This document shows positions 1-13,129 of a stretch of 64,000 nucleotides of DNA, piece after piece; position 1 is the first letter of the stretch; every line of letters begins with the position of its first letter. The notes beneath the pieces were generated by a model that worked only from the letters and a program-made list of their open reading frames with translations, was not told the origin of the DNA and searched no databases. A program made the translations under genes and the position numbers. Source of the stretch: Octopus vulgaris (lineage: Eukaryota); NCBI GenBank assembly GCA_951406725.2, contig OX597825.1, positions 16,802,001 to 16,866,000 on the forward strand. The letters run 5' to 3'.

Positions 1-395
1 TGCAACAGTAAAGCCGTTGTGTAGAGACTTCAGGTTTTACACCGGCAAATCAGATGTGCACATCTAGAAGAGAGTAAAATATAATCCAATATAAGAAGAC
101 AAAGAAGGCGTCCGTCACATCCTTAATACTCAGTTATAATTGTTTCTGAAGTAACTCTGTTTTCGATACCATTCCATGCAAGATTAGCTCCTGCGCCGAG
201 GGTGCTTTTGAAGCAGGTTTGCATAAAACGCAAATATGATGTGACCTGGAACCTTAAGGTGAACTGGCTTTGAAATCAGAGTTAGTACAGAAACAACTGT
301 AACTGGTCATTAAAGATATGACGGACTCTTCCACTCTGCTCTTTTTTGGCTTATACATACATACATATACACACACATATATATGTATATATATA

Positions 396-450
<55 letters not shown>

Positions 451-468
451 ATATATATTTAAATTTGA

Positions 469-545
<77 letters not shown>

Positions 546-1617
546 GGTGCCCCAGCAAGGCCACAGCTCGTGAGCTGAAACTAGATAAAATAAATAAAAA
601 TAAAATAAAAGTAAGCGTGTATATGTCTGTGTGTGTGTGTGTGTGCTTGTGTGTATGCGAAGTATTGTTGTGTATCACTGCGTTTTGGCGCTTTATCGAC
701 AGCATGAACAGACCGCATTTCAAGACAAAATTCGTTGCCACTGTAATGTTGCGCACTACGAATTTTTATTCAACTGATCAACATGTTTTCTTTGTCAGTA
801 GTGACGGATTTTTTGCTGGCATTTGTTTTCCTCGCGGGGCGCATGATGCTGATGAAGCTTCAAAAGGTAGAAATGCGCAGACAATACTATCCAACGAAAT
901 TTCGTCTGGCATTCACATATCTTTGTTTTATTTAACACAGTACGTCGATAAGAAATATTATCCCTGAACGAATATCGCGGTTAACCTGACGTTTACGACG
1001 TATTTGCATTAAGTATGAAGTAGAGATCGTTATCTAAATCTAATAATCTAATATTGATTCCGCTGCACGCAACGAATTTAGACTTAAATGGGATATAATA
1101 CGGAAAGCTCAGCCTTAATGAGATAGTCGATGCGACTGTGAGCTGTACTCTATGGAAACCTGTGAGATAGGAACAAGAACAACCTGATTAATAATAGATT
1201 AAACCTAAGGGTATCAGGTATGCATAGCGACTCACACACACATTTAAGTATTTTCGAATCTAACGAGTAAAAGCGCCATACTTGGATTTTGATGGTGGAA
1301 ATTTATTCTGGTGTTGTATCCGTTGTAAACTTAACCTCTAGTATTAAATATAATAAAATCATGGGATATTATGTTATATGGTGAATTAAATTGCATTACA
1401 TATGCTATAAGCTATGTGCTATGGTATGTGGTATGCTATATATAATACTATCCCATAATAACCCCTGCCTATTTAGTCTGACTATTTTGGTGATTACACT
1501 ATTTTCCTTTCTTTGATGTTCTACCTTACTAGTCATATTATGTATATTTGTACTGGCTTTATGTAACTAAGTGTCCTTTCGACTAATTCATATACTCACT
1601 AGAAACTAAAAATCCAT

Positions 1618-2005
1618 GGTGGAAGCACTCCGTCGGTTACGACGATGAGGGTTCCGGTTGATCCGAATCAACGGAACAGCCTGCTCGTGAAATTAACGTG
1701 TAAGTGGCTGAGCACTCCACAGACACGTGCACCCTTAACGTAGTTCTCGGGGATATTCAGCGTGACACAGAGAGTGACAAGGCCGGCCCCTTCAAATACA
1801 GGTACAACAGAAACAGGAAGTAAGAGTGAGAGAAAGTTATGGTGAAAGAGTACAGCAGGGATCACCACCATCCCCTGCCGGACCCTCGTGGAGCTTTTAG
1901 GTGTTTTCGTTCAATAAACACTCACAACGCCCGATTTGGGAATCGAAACCACGATCCTATGACCGCGAGTCCGCTGCCCTAACCACTGGGCCATTGCGCC
2001 TCCAC
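1618..2005 (-). mobile_element. tRNA-derived SINE, full length, with 13-bp target-site duplication
   Basis: Minus strand begins GGAGGCGCAATGGCCCAGTGGTTAGG (A box) ... GGTTTCGATTCCC (B box); direct repeat ACTAAAAATCCAT at 1605-1617 and 2004-2016. Confidence 0.85.
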
Positions 2006-3283
2006 TAAAAATCCATACACACAAAAGTGTTGTAACATTAAAACTTATAAAATCTCTTCTTTAACTGCCCTCGCTAGTTCCATACCTATTATCCCCTCTT
2101 TTCGGGCTACCTTTATCTCTTCCCTACCTCTCATTTTAATCCCCTGTCTCTTTATATGTAGGTTATATGTATTTCATATTATTTCCTATAGATTCTTATT
2201 TTGTTTTCTTAATTTGATATCCTTACTTATTAACCTCTTATCCATTACAAATTATTTTTCTTGTTCTTAAATAGATATTTTTCCAATACTCAAGTTTATG
2301 CGAGATGGTTAAGCTATATCCATATAAACGTATTATAAATATTTGTGTATGTGTATACATGTATATATGCCCATATATAAATGTGTGTGTATCTGTATGC
2401 ATATTTACTGATTTCCGATTCATGGCTTAAAATAAATAGATAGCATGTATATCTTTCTAGTTATTCCATAAATGCCCTGAGCAGTCTTTATAGAAACCAA
2501 CAAATAAGTAATTAATTAAGTACATGAATGAATATTAAACTGATTCTACGTAGTTTTCCCTTTTTAATGTTTATAATTGATATATACACACCTCTTACCT
2601 ATTTTCGTTATCATTTTTGAGATTCTTAGATTTTAATTTTTATGCAACATAATATTCTTTATAAGCAATCACACATAGTACTCCAAAATAAAGTTTCCTC
2701 TATATTAACATCTTAGGGGTCTTAGCGTCTTGTCCCTTTAACTGGTAAATAACATCATGATTTACGCTGACTCTTTTTATAGACAGTTCCTTATATCCAC
2801 CTGATTACTCCCAATGTCTTATTTCCTTCTTGATGAAAAGAGATACATGTAATAATATTTATGATGATACCTAGCCATGAGCTGTCAACTTACTTTTGTC
2901 CTTTATTCAAAATAGACAGTATTCTAGTCTTAAATTTTGCAGTTGGTATAGAGATAAATGAATTAGAAATGAATTACAATCACTTACTATGACCCCACTA
3001 GGCTTCATGCGATTATTGGAATTGTAGTTTATTCTTAGCTACAATAGCGACAACATGAATTTCTTCTATCTTCTTGGTCAGTTAAAGTATTTGAGAAAAA
3101 TTATATTAAAGTGTCCTATTTCTAAAATTCAATTTATTTATTTGTGCAGCTGAAGATGGTACTGCATTTAAATTCATGTAATGATTGCATTGTTCAATTT
3201 ATATGGAGCCGCTTGGTGTGTGCATGTGTGTGTGATCCTGTGTGTGTATGCATGCACACACGTTCCTTCACACACATACAAAT

Positions 3284-3340
<57 letters not shown>

Positions 3341-3881
3341 TCATTACACTGCCGTCATGCTGGTGCGCAGCCTCCAAGATTTTAGTCGAATGAAAGTAGG
3401 TGTGTATGTGTGTGTGTGTCTTTGTTTGTGTACGTATGTGTGTGTGAAATTGATAAAATATAAACCATTTAGGATTAAAATCTAGTTTCGTTTTAATTCA
3501 GATACCGATGAATTCAAGGCAAAACATTTAATTACAGTCAACATTCAATTTGCATCGCTGAATGAATTCTCCGTTCGTTGCTTTAGTTTCCATCGAGCAG
3601 CAGGACTGATTCATTGCATGTTACTATATGTAAGGTAAGATAAGAAAGTTCAATGAACTTTCTAGTACAAAAGACAAATAAAACAAGTAGAGATGCTGGT
3701 ATAACAAGAGAGTAAAAACGCTGTTGGACAAATGAGAAACCTATTTCATTAACAGTTATGAGACAAATGAAAAAGAATAAACGGGACGACTGAAATCGTT
3801 GGAAATCATTTAGAAAGTATGAAGCTCATCAGTTGTAATAAATTCAAGAGATTGAAATTCTTAAGTGTTACTCACAAAAGC

Positions 3882-3999
<118 letters not shown>

Positions 4000-4059
4000 G
4001 TAAGAAAAGGTAGTAGGAAAATTTCGATTAGTGAGTTGTAATTCCAAAAATATATATAT

Positions 4060-5000
4060 AAATTAGAAGGTAAAATGAACACGGTTTAGATAGTTTTAAT
4101 ATACTTTTCAATATATCTTATAAATGAAAGAACATTGTGTTTGTTGACCGGATTCCCTTTCGCTAATCATGATATTGAAATGACTGTAATTTCGTATTTT
4201 CTAAAGAAGATTTCAGTCCATATTCAGTATGGAAGTTTGTGAATGAATCAACAAGTATAAAATCTAAGGGGAAGTAATTGGTGATCCTTATTTTACGGGA
4301 CAAGGGAGGGAATTGCTCATTTTTTGGGTGGTGGGTGATAAATAAATCTACAATAGCTGAATTAGAATAATTAAATATGTATAGTGATGGGTATGTGATC
4401 CTGAATTAAAATATATACTGAAACCAAAGTTGTTATGGTTTCATATTTTGTCATTTTCTGTATTTAAAAAAAACAGATTTTCTTTATTGAAACGTTCTTG
4501 CACAGAAACTGTTTCTTTGTACTGGTAGATGGGGAAAACTGTGATGTTTGGTTGGATAATAACTGTTCATTTCTCTGAGTTCACTGAAAGGAATGTGTAC
4601 AGAATACGCCTAAACATGAGCGCATAACCAACTTTGAGTTCAGTATATATTTTAATTCATGACCACATGGCCATCACTGTACTTATTTCAACTCACTACT
4701 TAAGCTTTTGAGTTTTTGTATATTCATTTATACCTCTCGCCAAAAATTGAGCAATTACCCCTTGTCCGAAAAATAAGGATCACCAATTATTTCCCCTTAG
4801 ATTTCTCTACTTGTCGATTCATTCACAAACTTCCATACAAAATATGGACTAAAATCTTCTTAAGAATATACGGCATTACACTAATTTCAATGTCATGATT
4901 AGCTGAAGCGAAACCGGTCGACAAACACAATAATCTTGAGCTTATAAAATATGTTAAAAACTCAAAAGAAGTCTGTAAACTTTGTGTATTTCTTTCTTTT
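4060..5000. mobile_element. Old PLE remnant in head-to-head inverted arrangement
   Basis: ~4130-4330 is a diverged reverse complement of ~4738-4930; minus strand ~4480-4560 reads IQPNITVFPIYQYKETVSVQERFNKE, resembling a PLE GIY-YIG C-terminus; HHR-like GAAACCGGTC at 4910-4919. Confidence 0.6.
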
Positions 5001-5504
5001 ATTTTACACACACACACACATATATGTATATATATATATATATATATATAAATATATATATTGATATGTCCATGTAGATACGAACGCTACATGCCAAAAT
5101 GCATAAAGAATGGCAAATTACGTCATTGTTTCGATTTTCGCTGTTCTCTGTGTACGTCGCAATTCAAATTTATTATTTTACACTCTGTCGAAATGTGTTT
5201 TTAAACATGTTATTATTTCTATAAAGACGCCTGAAACTTCTCGTTATATATTTAGTGAGGTAGCTTTGGCATTGATATCCGTACAAACTAACATTATACC
5301 TAAATATCGTTCTGTAATCGCATACACATTATAACTTTTATAACTCGTGATGGTTATTGTAACTATTCTACGCCTTCTGAAGAGTAAAGCTCACACATAT
5401 AAATTATATGTAAACTAATCAGCAAACAATCACATCCAGACATATTTATGTATGCACGTGCGTATGTGGTGTTCGTCATTGTGTGTGTGTGTGTGTGTAT
5501 GTGT

Positions 5505-5735
5505 GTATATATATATATATTTTATGTACACACGCACACACACATATATACGCAAATATACATCCCACATATAAATATACACTTATGCACGCATATAGCA
5601 TGTATATATAACATGCATGTGTGTATGTATACTTATATATATTTTACGTACACACACACACACATATATATATACACAAATATACATCCCATATATAAAT
5701 ATACATTTATGCACGCATATAACATGTATATATGT
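5505..5735. repeat. Tandem duplication of ~120 bp low-complexity unit
   Basis: CAAATATACATCCCA.ATATAAATATACA.TTATGCACGCATATA occurs at ~5552 and ~5677. Confidence 0.75.
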
Positions 5736-6583
5736 GTATGTGTGTAAGTATACTTATATATGTATTTGTATGTGTGAGTATGTATTTGTGTGTGAAATAA
5801 CTAATACATCAAACGTGTCGTGAAGTTTTCTTGCTTTCATTTTTACCTTGGTAACTGCAATTCTCACTAAATATTATAATATCATAATATGGAAACTTAT
5901 ATTATAGTTACCAAACAAACGTATACATGCACGTACGCACACACCGAATGCATAAACACTCACATGCAGGTACGTAGAAACGAAGCTCACACTCTGACAG
6001 ACATTACACAAGAGTCGTATATTTAGTCTTTGTTTTATGTATCCGAATGTATATATCTGTGTACAACTGCGTAAGAGAGAAACAGAGTTAGTGAGTTTGT
6101 GTGTATTTAGCTGTCTATCGACAATGCTTAATCTTCGCTAGCAGTCTGCGTCTATTTTACAAGGCACGAAACGGCATAAAACAAGATTAAAGTTGCATCA
6201 AATGGATATTCTGTCCTCGTAGGCTGTCTCTATATGTTGTTCATATAATTTTTCTCTCAGCATAATCGTTTCAAACAGCCTATTCAACTTGTGTAAAAAT
6301 ATGAATGCTTAATTATAGGAATGTGATAGGTCTCCATATGATATGAAATTCTAGCGGTCCTTCTCATAAAATCAGTGAAGCGTTTTGAATAATAGACTTG
6401 TCTGTGTTTTATAAGGTTTTGTACTTACCATTTAGGCGTCGCGAGTTTCGCCATTTTCAACATCTCTTCTAGATGGAAATGACATAAAGATCGATGAAGC
6501 ATCAGCTAATACAAATACAATTCTACGAGTGTATACTTGCATGTATACTTGTACAGATATATATACGCATACATACTTATACG

Positions 6584-6625
<42 letters not shown>

Positions 6626-6785
6626 CACACACACACACATATATATATATACATAAATATACGTAGGCAGTTATATGCATGTATGTCTGTAAATATGTAT
6701 ATATAAATATGTGTGTGTATGTCTCTACATATGGGTGTGTGTATACATCCACATATATTACGCCTACATATACGTTCTAACAATG

Positions 6786-6799
<14 letters not shown>

Positions 6800-6824
<25 letters not shown>

Positions 6825-6873
6825 ATATACACATAGATATAGATATGAGTGGACATATATATATATGTATATA

Positions 6874-6920
<47 letters not shown>

Positions 6921-7077
6921 TGATATATTTATATGTAGGTATATATATATGTGTGTATATATATATATACACACATATATATATACCTACATATAAATAT
7001 ATCAATGTATATATATATATATAAAATATATATACATATATATATATGTCCACTCATATCTATATCTATATGTATAT

Positions 7078-7120
<43 letters not shown>
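6800..7120. repeat. Long imperfect palindrome centred near 6960
   Basis: TAGATATAGATATGAGTGGACATAT (~6834) pairs with ATATGTCCACTCATATCTATATCTA (~7044); CATTGATATATTTATATGTAGGT pairs with ACCTACATATAAATATATCAATG. Confidence 0.85.
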
Positions 7121-7139
<19 letters not shown>

Positions 7140-7142
<3 letters not shown>

Positions 7143-7480
7143 GGCGCATGGCTCAGTGGTTAGAGCGTCGAGCTTACGATCGTGAGGTTGTGAGCTCGAA
7201 TCCCGGACCGGGCTGCGTGTTGTGTTCTCGAGCAAGGCACTTTTCACGTTGCTCCAGTTCACTCAGCTGTAGAAATGAGTTGCGACGTCACTGGTGCCAA
7301 GCTGTATCGACCTTTGTCTTTCCCTTAGATAACACTGGTGGCGTGGAGAGGGGAGGCTGGTATGCATGGGCGACTGCTGGCCTTCCATAAAAACAACCTT
7401 GCCCAGACTTGTGTCTAGGAGGGTAACTTTCTAGGTGCAATCCCATGGTCATTCATGACCGAAGGGGGTCTTTACCCTTT
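7140..7480 (+). mobile_element. tRNA-derived SINE inserted in a (TA)n tract
   Basis: GGCGCATGGCTCAGTGGTTAGAGCG (A box), GAGCTCGAATCCC (B box), non-tRNA body, (TA)n on both sides. Confidence 0.85.
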
Positions 7481-7979
7481 ATATATATATATATATATAT
7501 ATACCGGTCTCACGCCATTTCCGCTCCACCGGTCACTCCTTGCAACACCTATCTGTGTTCGGTTTGTCCTTACACAGAGGCCATCCGGATTCCCGTTTGC
7601 GCCGTGAACAGGAATTAATCTTCTCTCTTCGCTCTTATACGCCATTTGGTCTCAACTCTCCCCCCTCCTCATCTAACCCCCTCTCCCCCCTCCTCACCTA
7701 TCCTTTCTCCCCCCGACCCCTACTTCTTCAGTCCTTCATCCTTTCACCCCTACTCCCCTTCCCTTCTTCCCTCTTTCTCCCTCCCTCTTCCCTTCCCTCT
7801 GCTCCCTCACTCCCTCTCTCTCCCCTCTCCCTCTTTCCTCCTTCATCCCCCCTCCCCTTCCTTCTCCCCATCCTCTCCCTCTCCCCCTTCTCCTCCCCCT
7901 CTTCTTCCCCTCCTCTTCTCTCCCCCTCTTCTTCTCCTCACTACACCACATGACTTTACACATCACATCACATGATGTG

Positions 7980-8320
7980 CCATACTAATACACACACCAA
8001 CTAATATATACTAATACGTACTAATACATACTAGTACATACTAATACTTACACCAACCCTATACATACACACGTCCAGACCCCGCATACGCACTTATACT
8101 CTCTCACACACACACACACACACCTATACATACCAATACGTACTAATACATACTAATACATACTAATACATACACCAACCCCATACATACGCACGTCCAG
8201 ACCAATCTTATGCACTAATACTCTCTCATACACACACACACACACACACACACACCCTTATACATACTAATACATACACCAACCCTATACATACATACAT
8301 CCAGACCCCTCCCACGCACT
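7980..8320 (+). repeat. (TACTAATACA)n decamers and three ~110-120 bp subrepeats inside the pLTR (also ~12478-12815)
   Basis: Repeated TACTAATACA; CACCAACCC.ATACATAC...TCCAGACC occurs three times. Confidence 0.8.
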
Positions 8321-8489
8321 TTTAGCTGGTCCCTCAACCCATTTATCAACCCTATTATCTCCCCTTATTTCGCTCTCGCGTCTCATGTTTGATCTTTGAC
8401 CTCTGGCCGAAATCAGATCGCCATGTTGATTCGTTAGCTACTGCACGCATTTTTTTCTCTCCTTCTTTCTGTGTTTTTCTCTCTGTGTA

Positions 8490-8527
8490 TCTTTCTGTTG
8501 AAGAGCGTAGGCTCGAAACGTTAAAGA
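8490..8527 (+). ncRNA. Minimal type I hammerhead ribozyme, variant core
   Basis: TCTTT-CTGTTGA-A-GAGC(GTAG)GCTC-GAAA-CG-TT-AAAGA: stem I TCTTT/AAAGA, stem II GAGC/GCTC, palindromic AACGTT stem III. Confidence 0.75.
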
Positions 8528-9259
8528 CTTGTTTTATTTATATTTCCTGAGCGCCATACTAATACAATTGTTCGTTTGTTTTCCACCTGCCTTCGTCTTT
8601 TGTTTATTTTCATAAAGCTTCCCGTTATATATTACGCGCTCACGTGGTCTCACTTTCATCCTATATTCTACCAATACCACTATCAACACTTACCTCTACC
8701 TTGGATTTTCTTTACCTCTTGGATACTTACCATTGGCTGCACCTCTCTTTCGCGCATCAAAGTGACTTTGCATTGATGTGAAATCCTTAAAAAATATACC
8801 ACGACGTCTACACATTTCTCACCTTGAACTTTCAACCTTGAACTTGTTCGCATAAACTGTCCCGTTTGTTGTATTTTTATTTCTTCTTATATTACCACTT
8901 TTTTTACATTCATTTCATGCTTCCCACATTTTCCTGAATTTTTGTTCTTCTTTCCGTCTTTCTTCCCTCTCTGGATGTCCATACTCCGTTTCCTCTGCCT
9001 GCACCCCCCTTTTTTTGCCTCCCCCTCTCTCTGCTTCCCTTCTTTCTTTCCCTTTTCCGTTTGCCCCGTCTTTTCTGCCCCTATCGCTTACTTATCTAGT
9101 TTTTTCATACGATTATTTTATTTTTTTTGTTTTTTTGAACGTTTGTTTTTTCCCCTTTTTTCTCTATTTTTTTTCATACGACAATTTTTGTTTTTTGTTT
9201 TTTTTGTTTTTTCGAACGTTTTTTTTTTTTTTTTTTTTTTTTTTTTTCGCTATCCCATC

Positions 9260-12200
9260 ATGCCGGATCCTAGGTCCTACCTCCTCACCCTCCATCACCG
9301 TTTGAAGGATCATCTACGTTCGCTTCCTGTATTTTGCCTTCAGCCGTCCGTTAATCTCTCTCTACTTCTTTTTAAAAAAACCCGCTTCTCTAGCCATGTC
9401 TCTTTCCTAAGCCGCTGCCTACATCACCGACTCATCCCTAAAGGTTTCCGCCTCCACTTCCACCCTGCTCTCCACTCGGATTCTTCCATCTTACCCATAC
9501 TCCGCACCACATCTTACCGCCTTATGCGGGCCACCATTCGCTCTAATCTCTCCAAACTACATGCCATCAACCGCCTTCTTCCTCCTGCTTTCTCCACCTT
9601 CTTCTCCTCTCTGCCGCCTCTCTATGCTCCAAACACGCTACGCTTCATTATCCATTTGAATCAACTCTTCCATCAATTTCTTTCTGATACCAAACTTCGT
9701 AAACTCCAATCACTCTTCCATTCCACCCTACCCGACGCCACTACCCCAACTCCTCCACCACCCTTCTCCCCTCCCGATAGGCTCCATCCACCCACACCTA
9801 ACCCCACTGCCCCTCCCTACAACCCCTTCTCCCCTCCCGTTAGGCTCCATCCACCCACACCTAACCCTACTGCCCCGCCCAACCACCCCCCACACACCTC
9901 TCCAATCCCTCCCCCTCAGACCTCCACGAGACCTACCACCCCTCCTACTTCTATTCCATCCACCCCTTCTCCACTTCCGTCTGTTGTTACCATTCCCCCC
10001 GATCTTCCCCTCTCTGCGGCTGAACGCTCCGTCCTTGGTAGGGGTCTGCGTTTCATCCCCCTCACTCCATCCTGTAAGGAATTCCAGACGCGAGTTGATG
10101 TCCACAGCTTTGTGCGCCGGGTCCGGTTGGGTGCGCATTACCACGACTCGCCACCCACACCCCACGAAGAGGACGACGGCTTCACTGGCCTGGGCCGCCG
10201 ACCATCCCCGTGGACGCCTGCCCCTGGCCAGATCCTAGCAGTGGATCTTTTCGCGGGCGCTTGTCAGCGTGCATTGGAGCGGTTCAACTTCTCCAGGCGC
10301 CAACGCCGCCTCAACATCTCCCCGGCTGAGCTCTTGGCTCTTCGTTCCCTCCAACGGCGCGCTGACATTATCATCAAACCGGCTGACAAGGGTGGAGCTG
10401 TAGTGGTGTGGCGCGCGGACCTCTATAGGGCCGAGGCTTTCCGCCAACTCAATGACACCTCCTTCTATTCCCCTCTGCCCTCTAACCCCACACGTAGCTA
10501 CCAACAGACGGTATCCTCTACTGTCCAAGACCTCATCTCGTCCTCCCGTCTCCCCCGCACCGCATCCAACCTAATTGTGCGAACCCCACGTACCCCCACC
10601 ATTTACTTCCTCCCCAAAATCCACAAACCCAACAACCCTGGCCGCCCCATCGTCTCCGCCTGTAACTGCCCCACGGAGCTCATCTCTAAATACCTCGACC
10701 GTGTCCTTGCCCCCCTAGTAGCATCTCTTCCCTCCCACATCCACGATACCAACCATGCTCTCCGGCTTTTCAACTCTTTCTCCTTTCCTCCCGGCTCCTC
10801 CAAAATCCTTTTTACTATGGACATCCAAAGCCTCTATACTGTTATCCCTCCACCACGAAGGACTGCAGGCCCTTCGACACTTTCTTGACCTCCGCTCTAA
10901 CCCTGTACCTGACACCTCCACACTCATTCGTCTGGCCGAACTTGTCCTTACTCTGAACTGCTTCTCGTTCGCGGGCGAGTTCTACCATCAGGTCTCGGGA
11001 GTGGCCATGGGAACGCGAATGGGCCCCAACTATGCGAACCTGTTCGTTGGCTATGTTGAGGCCCAAATATTCTCTAATTTCACTGGTCCCACTCCTGAAC
11101 TATATGGTCGTTATATTGACGACATTATCGGTGCCACCTCACTCTCCCGCGAACATCTAGATTCCTTCCTCTCTTTCGTCCAATCTTTCCATCCAGCCCT
11201 CCACTTCACTTCCACTATCTCCAACACCTCTGTCTCCTTCCTCGACATTTCGGTTAGCATTCTTCACTCCACTCTTACCACCTCCATTCACTACAAACAC
11301 ACAGACTCACACTCATACCTCAACTTCTCTTCCTCCCACCCAGAACACACCAAGCTTTCCATCCCCTATTCCCAATTCCTCCGTCTACGTAGGCTCTGTA
11401 GTGACGACCATGACTTTGAGACTCAGTCTCAACGTATGGCTCACCACTTCACCCTACGTGGATACCCCCTCACCACTATCCACACCGCCCTTGCCAGAGC
11501 ACGGTCCGTGGACCGTGTATCTGCTCTCTCTCCCCGAACCCGCCCTGTAGTCTCCCGCCTCCCTTTTCCCCTCACTTACCACCCCACGACCCTACGTCTC
11601 CAACGCACCATTCTTCGAGCTTTCCGTCATCTCCAGTCCGACCCGTCCACTTCACACCTCTTCCCTAACCGACCCCTCCCCTCTTTCAAACGAGCCCACA
11701 ACCTTCGAGACCTTTTGGTCCATAGCTCCTTCCCTGACCCTACCTCCCAACCCGGCTCGTTCCCCTGCTCCCGCCCACGTTGCCGCACTTGCCCTTACCT
11801 CTCCAACACCACCCGCCTCACTAGCACCCACCATCGACCCTATCCCATCATCCACTCCTTCACCTGCACCTCCAGCAATATTATCTATTGCATCTCTTGC
11901 TCTCTCTGCAATTCCTTGTACATCGGACAAACGGGACGCCGCTTGGCTGACCGGTTCGCGGAACACCTTCGTGACATTCACCTTGCGAACGACACACCGG
12001 TCTCACGCCATTTCCGCTCCACCGGTCACTCCTTGCAACACCTATCTGTGTTCGGTTTGTCCTTACACAGAGGCCATCCGGATTCCCGTTTGCGCCGTGA
12101 ACAGGAATTAATCTTCTCTCTTCGCTCTTATACGCCATTTGGTCTCAACTCTCCCCCCTCCTCATCTAACCCCCTCTCCCCCTCCTCACCTATCCTTTCT

Positions 12201-12485
12201 CCCCCCGACCCCTACTTCTTCAGTCCTTCATCCTTTCACCCCTACTCCCCTTCCCTTCTTCCCTCTTTCTCCCTCCCTCTTCCCCTTCCCTCTGCTCCCT
12301 CACTCCCTCTCTCTCTCCCCCCCTCTCCCTCTTTCCTCCTTCATCCCCCTATCCCCTTCCTTCTCCCCATCCTCTCCTCTCCCCCTTCTCCTCCCCCTCT
12401 TCTTCCCCTCCCTTCTCTCCCCCTCTTCTTCTCCTCACTACACCACATGACTTTACACATCACATCACATGATGTGCCATACTAA
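9260..12485 (+). CDS. PLE polyprotein (reverse transcriptase + GIY-YIG endonuclease) with one +1 frameshift at ~10850
   Basis: ATG 9260 (MPDPRS); FLSRC..LIPKG; IKPADKGGAVVVW; YFLPKIHK..GRPIVS; MDIQSLYTVIP|HEGL; GVAMGTRMGPNYANLF; RYIDD; CSRPRCRTC linker; IIYCISCSLCNSLYIGQTGRRLADRFAEH; PFGLN. Joins track ORFs 8942..10888 and 10755..12485. Confidence 0.92.
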
Positions 12486-13129
12486 TACACACACCAACTA
12501 ATACATACTAATACGTACTAATACATACTAGTACATACTAATACTTACACCAACCCTATACATACACACGTCCAGACCCCGCATACGCACTTATACTCTC
12601 TCACACACACACACACACCTATACATACCAATACGTACTAATACATACTAATACATACTAATACATACACCAACCCCATACATACGCACGTCCAGACCAA
12701 TCTTACGCACTAATACTCTCTCATACACACACACACACACACACACACACCCTTATACATACTAATACATACACCAACCCTATACATACATACATCCAGA
12801 CCCCTCCCACGCACTTTTAGCTGGTCCCTCAACCCATTTATCAACCCTATTATCTCCCCTTATTTCGCTCTCGCGTCTCATGTTTGATCTTTGACCTCTG
12901 GCCGAAATCAGATCGCCATGTTGATTCGTTAGCTACTGCACGCATTTTTTTCTCTCCTTCTTTCTGTGTTTTTCTCTCTCTGTGTATCTTTCTGTTGAAG
13001 AGCGTAGGCTCGAAACGTTAAAGACTTGTTTTATTTATATTTCCTGAGCGCCATACTAATACAATTGTTCGTTTGTTTTCCACCTGCCTTCGTCTTTTGT
13101 TTATTTTCATAAAGCTTCCCGTTATATAT
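11996..13129 (+). repeat. 3' pseudo-LTR region
   Basis: Direct repeat of 7503-8632. Confidence 0.93.
12987..13024 (+). ncRNA. Minimal type I hammerhead ribozyme, variant core (second copy)
   Basis: Identical to 8490-8527. Confidence 0.75.

Larger units (their letters stand above)
7503..8632 (+). repeat. 5' pseudo-LTR (truncated upstream tandem copy: end of GIY-YIG ORF + 3' UTR)
   Basis: Starts ACCGGTCTCACGCC, ends AAAGCTTCCCGTTATATAT, as does 11996-13129. Confidence 0.93.
7503..13129 (+). mobile_element. Penelope-like retroelement (probably Neptune clade) with direct pseudo-LTRs
   Basis: RT and GIY-YIG motifs; 7503-8632 is a near-identical direct copy of 11996-13129; flanked by (TA)n. Confidence 0.95.

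Noticed and set aside
849-883. CTGATGA...GAAATGCGCA hammerhead-like motif
   Set aside because: No UH triplet, weak stem II and no stem I
7140-7215. tRNA-like sequence (also ~1930-2005 and 26215-26285)
   Set aside because: Acceptor stem not intact and continues into a repeat body: SINE heads
8942-9259. N-terminal extension of the 648-aa ORF / possible intron
   Set aside because: Poly-Phe from a T-rich leader with non-ATG start; no AG acceptor after the pyrimidine tract, so an intron is unsupported
10845-10860. Programmed ribosomal frameshift
   Set aside because: Falls inside an RT motif region that is contiguous in PLEs; no slippery heptamer; a single-base insertion is simpler
7503-13129. 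LTR retrotransposon interpretation
   Set aside because: No gag, protease or integrase, no TG..CA ends; the repeat includes the ORF end, as in PLE tandem structure
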